The notes beneath the pieces are model-generated. The model was not told the origin of the DNA. It saw only the letters and a program-made list of their open reading frames with translations, and made no database searches. The position numbers and the translations under genes are program-made. Shown here in pieces: positions 59,894 to 64,000 of a DNA stretch of 64,000 nt. The DNA is from Patescibacteria group bacterium. Its GTDB lineage: Bacteria > Patescibacteriota > Patescibacteriia > Magasanikbacterales > GWA2-37-8. Location of the stretch: positions 32,001 to 96,000 of the forward strand of contig SCQK01000007.1 of NCBI GenBank assembly GCA_004321885.1, read 5' to 3'. How positions within the stretch are numbered: the stretch's first letter is position 1; each line of letters starts with the position of its first letter.

Positions 59894-60316
59894 TCACTGC
59901 TTGGTGCAGGTGACATACTTGTCAGCTGTTTGACAAGATGTCGACTGTGCCGAAGCACAGGGAGCAACCGCCCCCCCCCCGTTCGTACAAGGGAAACGAC
60001 AGCCAGAGCCGTCTTTGTTCTCTGTCCCATCTGGAGAACATTGACGGATTTCTGATCCGGTGCACACCCACGTACCACCTTTCGGGCACTTCCCAGACGT
60101 GGTGTCCGGCGTGGGCGTTCCCTTGTCGCACTTCCCCTGCGCCGAGACGACGCAGGTAGGAAACGAGTCGCCGACGAGCCCGTCGGCGCGGAGAGTGTCC
60201 GCAATGCGCGCGTCGGACGGGGGGGCGGAGCCGGTGTCATCGCCGCAGGACGCGGCGAGCGTCGCGAACGCGACGAGCGTCGCGCAAAGGAGGATAGCGT
60301 TCAATTTCTTCAGCAT
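59894..60316 (-). CDS. Small Cys-rich lipoprotein (variant B), high-GC.
   Basis: MLKKLNAILLCATLVAFATLAASCGDD. The leader and 5' UTR mirror variant A, while the mature region is divergent. Confidence 0.6.
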   Translation of the reverse strand: MLKKLNAILLCATLVAFATLAASCGDDTGSAPPSDARIADTLRADGLVGDSFPTCVVSAQGKCDKGTPTPDTTSGKCPKGGTWVCTGSEIRQCSPDGTENKDGSGCRFPCTNGGGAVAPCASAQSTSCQTADKYVTCTKQ

Positions 60317-60356
60317 GTTCCTTCTCCTTCCCCACCGAAGCGGGGGTTTCGTTGTT

Positions 60357-60496
60357 TGTCATTGCGAGGAGCGAACGTAGTGAGCGACGCGGCAATCCCT
60401 GCCTGTCGACAGGCAGGCTTTTCGTAATTGACTTGGATTGCTTTCCGCCAGAGGCGGACAGGCGTCGGTCGCTTACGCTCCCTTCTCGCAATGACA
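60357..60496. repeat. Second copy of the MITE-like element of about 140 bp, in inverted orientation.
   Basis: tgtcattgcgaggagcgaacgtagtgagcgac ... ctcccttctcgcaatgaca. Confidence 0.7.
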
Positions 60497-60698
60497 CCCA
60501 TTACCCAAACCTTCTTTTTGTGGCTAACCAGGCCATATACTGGCCTACTTAGCACTTTGTGAAAGAACCACACCTTATACCACAAAACTGGGGTTTTGTC
60601 AACCTCGCCAAGAGGCCCCGCCTCCGGCAGGGTCAAGGGTATTGTCGCATGGCGGAGTGAACTCGTCAAGAAAAGATGTGATAAGTGACGATGTTTTT

Positions 60699-63600
60699 TT
60701 ATTTGGGAGCCACGATGATGGATTTGGAGAAAGAAGTAAATGCACCAGTATCATCTGTACACTCATCTTTTCCTCCATTCCAAAAACCCTGATAACACCC
60801 CCCGTCCTTCCCACCCGGACAACTCCCGTTACACCACCCCCAGTTATCCTTGACCTGCACCTTGGGGGTGTATTTGCAACAACCTTCTTTGAAAGCGAGG
60901 TCGGACGGGCATTGAGAAGCCGGGACAAAGTTAGCACTGTCTTTGACGCACTGGTAGGAATAATCAGCTCGGAAGTAGGCGTTGTCGCAGGTTTTGTCCA
61001 CAATCTGGCCAAAGTTGGGGGCGATGTTTTCCGGCAGGCATTGGTCGATGTTTTTGCAGTCGGTATCAGAACCGACTGTCTGGCAGGTTTTCGTCATGGG
61101 CCTCCTTATCTCGTGTTTATCTTCCGGCTGCACATAGGCGTCGGTTACAATGGTGCAGCGATTTTCTTTCACATCCTGATTAAGCGGATTGGGTACACTC
61201 TCACATTTGCCATCCACCTTCCCTCGGTGATTGCGGAAGTATCCATCAAGGACAACCGGCGCCGAGCCATCGTTCCAGTCTATCTTTACATTCCTGATGG
61301 GCATTTGGTTCATATCGGCATAGCCGTAAAATTTGAGGGTAACGCGGGAGGGAGAGACCGGTATTTTTACGTCAGCGCTGGTTTTGTCGTTGAGGGTGAT
61401 GCCGGCTGGCCCTTCGGTGCAAATGCCGCCCTGACAGTTGACAGACAGGACTTTGGGGGCTTTGAGAAAATTACTTAATGTCTCGGTGCGGTTAATTCCT
61501 TTGACTTCGTATGCATCTGAATTATATCGCTTATATATACCGAGATTATCTAGAGCAAATAAATTGTTGACTTTGGCGAATAGACTGTCAAGACGCGACA
61601 CGGAATTTATGCCTGCCGGCAAACCCGCGGGGGCTGGTTTGGTGAAATCAAGAGTGCCGTCCGGATTGCCACTAATTGTTCTGTTGACATAGCCGCCCGC
61701 ACCTGTGCTGCTTTTCGCGCCATACGGAGCGCCCACAATGCTCTGGATGGCATTCTGCTGGCGCGGGCCATAAAGTAACCGCAGGTCTTCTTTTTCCAAA
61801 GAAGGAGGATTGTTGATGTTGAGAGAGCCAAATGGTTCGGTGAGAGTTTTGAAGATGTAATCCGAGCCAGAGCCGGAAAAAGAGACGGAATATTTGCTTC
61901 CCTCCCAAATCCGGTTGGTCCAGGCCGTGCTCTGCCTGTCGGCAACATCGGCGATTTGGTCGCAGTATTCTCTTAATCGCGCCGTCACTTTTATATTTAT
62001 TGGAAAATAAGATTGGCCCGACTGCTCCTCATTTGGCCACCAGCCAGGACCGCCGCCGGCCAAACATTTTGCCACACCGACTTTAATCAGCTTTTTGTCT
62101 TTGTCAAACACCAAAACCACTTCCAAAGATTGCTGTCTGTCTTCTTTGCCGTTATCGCACAAATCGCCGGCGTCTTTGGCGGTCACCTGCATAACACTGT
62201 CTTTCAAACTATCTCCGTATTCGGGAAAAAATCCGGACTGGTCTTTAATGTAGTCGCGTTGCAGAACCCCGGCTCCCGCGTCCCGGTTATCGGAGAAAAA
62301 TCTCATTATGGTGTAATCGTTAAATTGTTTGATGCGCGTTTCCGCCAGCGGCGGCCGCGTGTTGATGGGTTTCTCAAATATTAAAGAATGTTCTTTTTCC
62401 GTATCACACAGTTCGGTTGAGTTGTAAGCGTCTCCTTTCAGCGAACCATCCGCGTTTTCTTCCGCCACCACGCATCCTGATTTGCCCGCCTGGTCAATGT
62501 AATTTTTTCCGTACAATGTTCTGACCCGTTTCGTAATATCGCTCTTGGCGCCATTACGGATAATATATGTGCCGCGCACCACATTATTGTCACCGCCGAT
62601 ATTTATGAACATGTCGGCCTCAATTTCCACCTGGTCTATATCATACAAATGAATGTCGTAATCAGCCACTTGTGAAAAAGTAACTCTGTTAAATAGACTG
62701 CCATATTTCCAAGACGCGGGATTGGGGTCTTTATGGCCGGGAAAATTAAACTCCTGCGGGTCATCTGCTTTGGCGAACGGCGTATAACCGACCATTTTTG
62801 ATGAAACAGAACCTGGTTTGATTATCGTCTCTGCCTTCAATGAATAAACAATGCCCTGGGGCACGAGTGTTCTGCTAAACGGAGACGGCATCAATGGCAA
62901 AAGAGACACGCCATAGCATTCTGACGGGTCGCAAAAATAATGTGCGTCATCGCTATTTGTAAAATATTGACGCGGCTGTTGGTCGCTGCCGGGGACTTGA
63001 TTATAGAGCGACTCTCCGATTTTTGGATTCACAGTGCTATTGATTGTAAGGTCGTTGGAATAAAAGGCGACTATTTGGCCTACTACACTTTTATAAATAG
63101 TGGCGCATCTTTGAATCTTTTCCTTGCTACAAAACCTTCCAAAAAAAGTCGGATAAGCGCTGTAATCGCCCCTATTCCCCGCTTCTCTGGCGCAATAATA
63201 CCGTCCATAGGCCGCGGGCTTGTAGCCGGCTTCGTCAAACTGGTTGTCCACGTCCAATGCCCCATTCAAGGTCTGCACCGGCAGCCAGGACAGGCACTGA
63301 AAGTTGGTCTGCTCGGAATTTATCGGGCGAGACATATCTTTTTCCAGACAAAAACCACGCCAGCCGATGAAGCGGTTTTCTTTTTTCTTGATTTCGCAAG
63401 TGCCGGATGTCTGGCCCGCGCAATCATCGTCAGTCGCGCAGGGCTTGGTGTCATAAGAGCCGCCCAGACAATAGCCCTGGGGCACGGCATTACCTTTGTT
63501 CGGATTGGTGTAGCCCCAGTATTTTACAGTGCTGTCTCCGTAATTTACCTTCGTGTAATCGCATTCGCAGGCAGAAGCGGTTTTGGTGTCCGTGGTTTCA

Positions 63601-64000
63601 ATAGCGCCGCTCTCATTGCACTTGTTGGCATTGACAAAGGCCTGGGATTTTACCAGATTGGCGGTGTTGGGATAGGGCGATTCTTTTTCCGGATAGGCGC
63701 GGCAGGTGTGGTTGGGCGCCTGGTCCATGATATTGCTGTCCGGGCCAGACGGGCTTTGCATACAGAGGTTGTTTTTGCAAATGCCGGCGCTGTTTTTGCC
63801 GCAGGGTTTGTTGTTGGCGCCCTGGGCGCAATTATAATCATTTGGCTTGGCCGGGTCTTTGCAGTTTAGCCCGCCGCAAGGAATCATTTTCACCAAACGC
63901 CAGTCCGGATTTTTGCTGTCGCCTAAATTGCGCTGGTCCAATTCTTCGGGCGGATACAAGCCCAGCAAACTAAAACCAGAATAGTCCAGTCCCTTCCACG
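60699..64000 (-). CDS. Large Cys-rich secreted protein of the same paralog family. The N-terminus lies beyond the window edge, so the CDS is partial.
   Basis: More than 1089 aa with no upstream stop before position 64000. The C-terminal domain is near-identical to 58457-59842. Confidence 0.6.
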   Translation of the reverse strand, partial: WKGLDYSGFSLLGLYPPEELDQRNLGDSKNPDWRLVKMIPCGGLNCKDPAKPNDYNCAQGANNKPCGKNSAGICKNNLCMQSPSGPDSNIMDQAPNHTCRAYPEKESPYPNTANLVKSQAFVNANKCNESGAIETTDTKTASACECDYTKVNYGDSTVKYWGYTNPNKGNAVPQGYCLGGSYDTKPCATDDDCAGQTSGTCEIKKKENRFIGWRGFCLEKDMSRPINSEQTNFQCLSWLPVQTLNGALDVDNQFDEAGYKPAAYGRYYCAREAGNRGDYSAYPTFFGRFCSKEKIQRCATIYKSVVGQIVAFYSNDLTINSTVNPKIGESLYNQVPGSDQQPRQYFTNSDDAHYFCDPSECYGVSLLPLMPSPFSRTLVPQGIVYSLKAETIIKPGSVSSKMVGYTPFAKADDPQEFNFPGHKDPNPASWKYGSLFNRVTFSQVADYDIHLYDIDQVEIEADMFINIGGDNNVVRGTYIIRNGAKSDITKRVRTLYGKNYIDQAGKSGCVVAEENADGSLKGDAYNSTELCDTEKEHSLIFEKPINTRPPLAETRIKQFNDYTIMRFFSDNRDAGAGVLQRDYIKDQSGFFPEYGDSLKDSVMQVTAKDAGDLCDNGKEDRQQSLEVVLVFDKDKKLIKVGVAKCLAGGGPGWWPNEEQSGQSYFPINIKVTARLREYCDQIADVADRQSTAWTNRIWEGSKYSVSFSGSGSDYIFKTLTEPFGSLNINNPPSLEKEDLRLLYGPRQQNAIQSIVGAPYGAKSSTGAGGYVNRTISGNPDGTLDFTKPAPAGLPAGINSVSRLDSLFAKVNNLFALDNLGIYKRYNSDAYEVKGINRTETLSNFLKAPKVLSVNCQGGICTEGPAGITLNDKTSADVKIPVSPSRVTLKFYGYADMNQMPIRNVKIDWNDGSAPVVLDGYFRNHRGKVDGKCESVPNPLNQDVKENRCTIVTDAYVQPEDKHEIRRPMTKTCQTVGSDTDCKNIDQCLPENIAPNFGQIVDKTCDNAYFRADYSYQCVKDSANFVPASQCPSDLAFKEGCCKYTPKVQVKDNWGWCNGSCPGGKDGGCYQGFWNGGKDECTDDTGAFTSFSKSIIVAPK

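Noticed and set aside
62940-63869. A 309 aa plus-strand ORF, antisense to the large Cys-rich gene.
   Set aside because: The sense-strand protein has paralogs elsewhere in the window. The antisense frame is Ala/Gly/Val-rich filler.

Overview
This 64 kb window reads like a small-genome, host-associated bacterium, most consistent with a Candidate Phyla Radiation (Patescibacteria) lineage; that assignment is an inference from gene content and rRNA structure. Almost all genes sit on the minus strand.

Housekeeping genes: riboflavin synthase, NAD(P)H-hydrate dehydratase, the rpsP / KH-protein / trmD cluster, SMC, a DHH phosphoesterase, ClpP, a VanW-family protein, Hsp20, Fpg/MutM, adenosylhomocysteinase with a PfkB kinase, ComF, and a tRNA-Ser(GCT).

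Most striking features:
1. A 16S rRNA gene on the minus strand stretched to about 3.6 kb by three insertions. Two of them carry LAGLIDADG homing-endonuclease ORFs. No 23S gene is adjacent.
2. Several families of short palindromic elements (CCCGACTAAGTCGGG; CCCTCCCC..GGGGAGGG; CACCAAAATTTTTGGTG; TGTCATTCC..GGAATGACA) scattered between genes and repeatedly inserted in frame inside coding regions. ComF, Fpg, the DHH phosphoesterase, the Nnr dehydratase, one homing endonuclease, a membrane protein and a proline-rich ORF are all affected. This resembles Rickettsia palindromic elements.
3. A type IV secretion-like locus: a VirB4 ATPase, a PrgI/VirB3-like protein and a giant VirB6-like protein with a coiled-coil tail. 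It is interrupted by an EamA transporter fused to a riboflavin kinase, and by a NYN-domain gene flanked by 112 bp direct repeats.
4. A high-GC island of about 3.4 kb immediately 3' of tRNA-Ser, carrying a large serine recombinase and a putative amidase lipoprotein.
5. Other high-GC patches that look foreign: a histidine phosphatase that splits a tandem family of PEP-utilizing swivel-domain paralogs, a NUDIX hydrolase, and a GHKL ATPase.
6. A variable surface-protein region at the 3' end of the window. It holds paralogous Cys-rich secreted proteins with a near-identical tract of about 250 bp and a pseudogene fragment, two HEPN/nucleotidyltransferase pairs (the second degraded), and a pair of convergent Cys-rich lipoprotein genes. 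The lipoprotein genes are driven by inverted duplicated promoter arms of about 350 bp that each contain a MITE-like element of about 140 bp, and an IS1595-type transposase fragment lies between them.
7. A predicted orphan ncRNA of about 265 nt with a near-consensus promoter and an intrinsic terminator, between clpP and the VanW gene.

No CRISPR array was seen.
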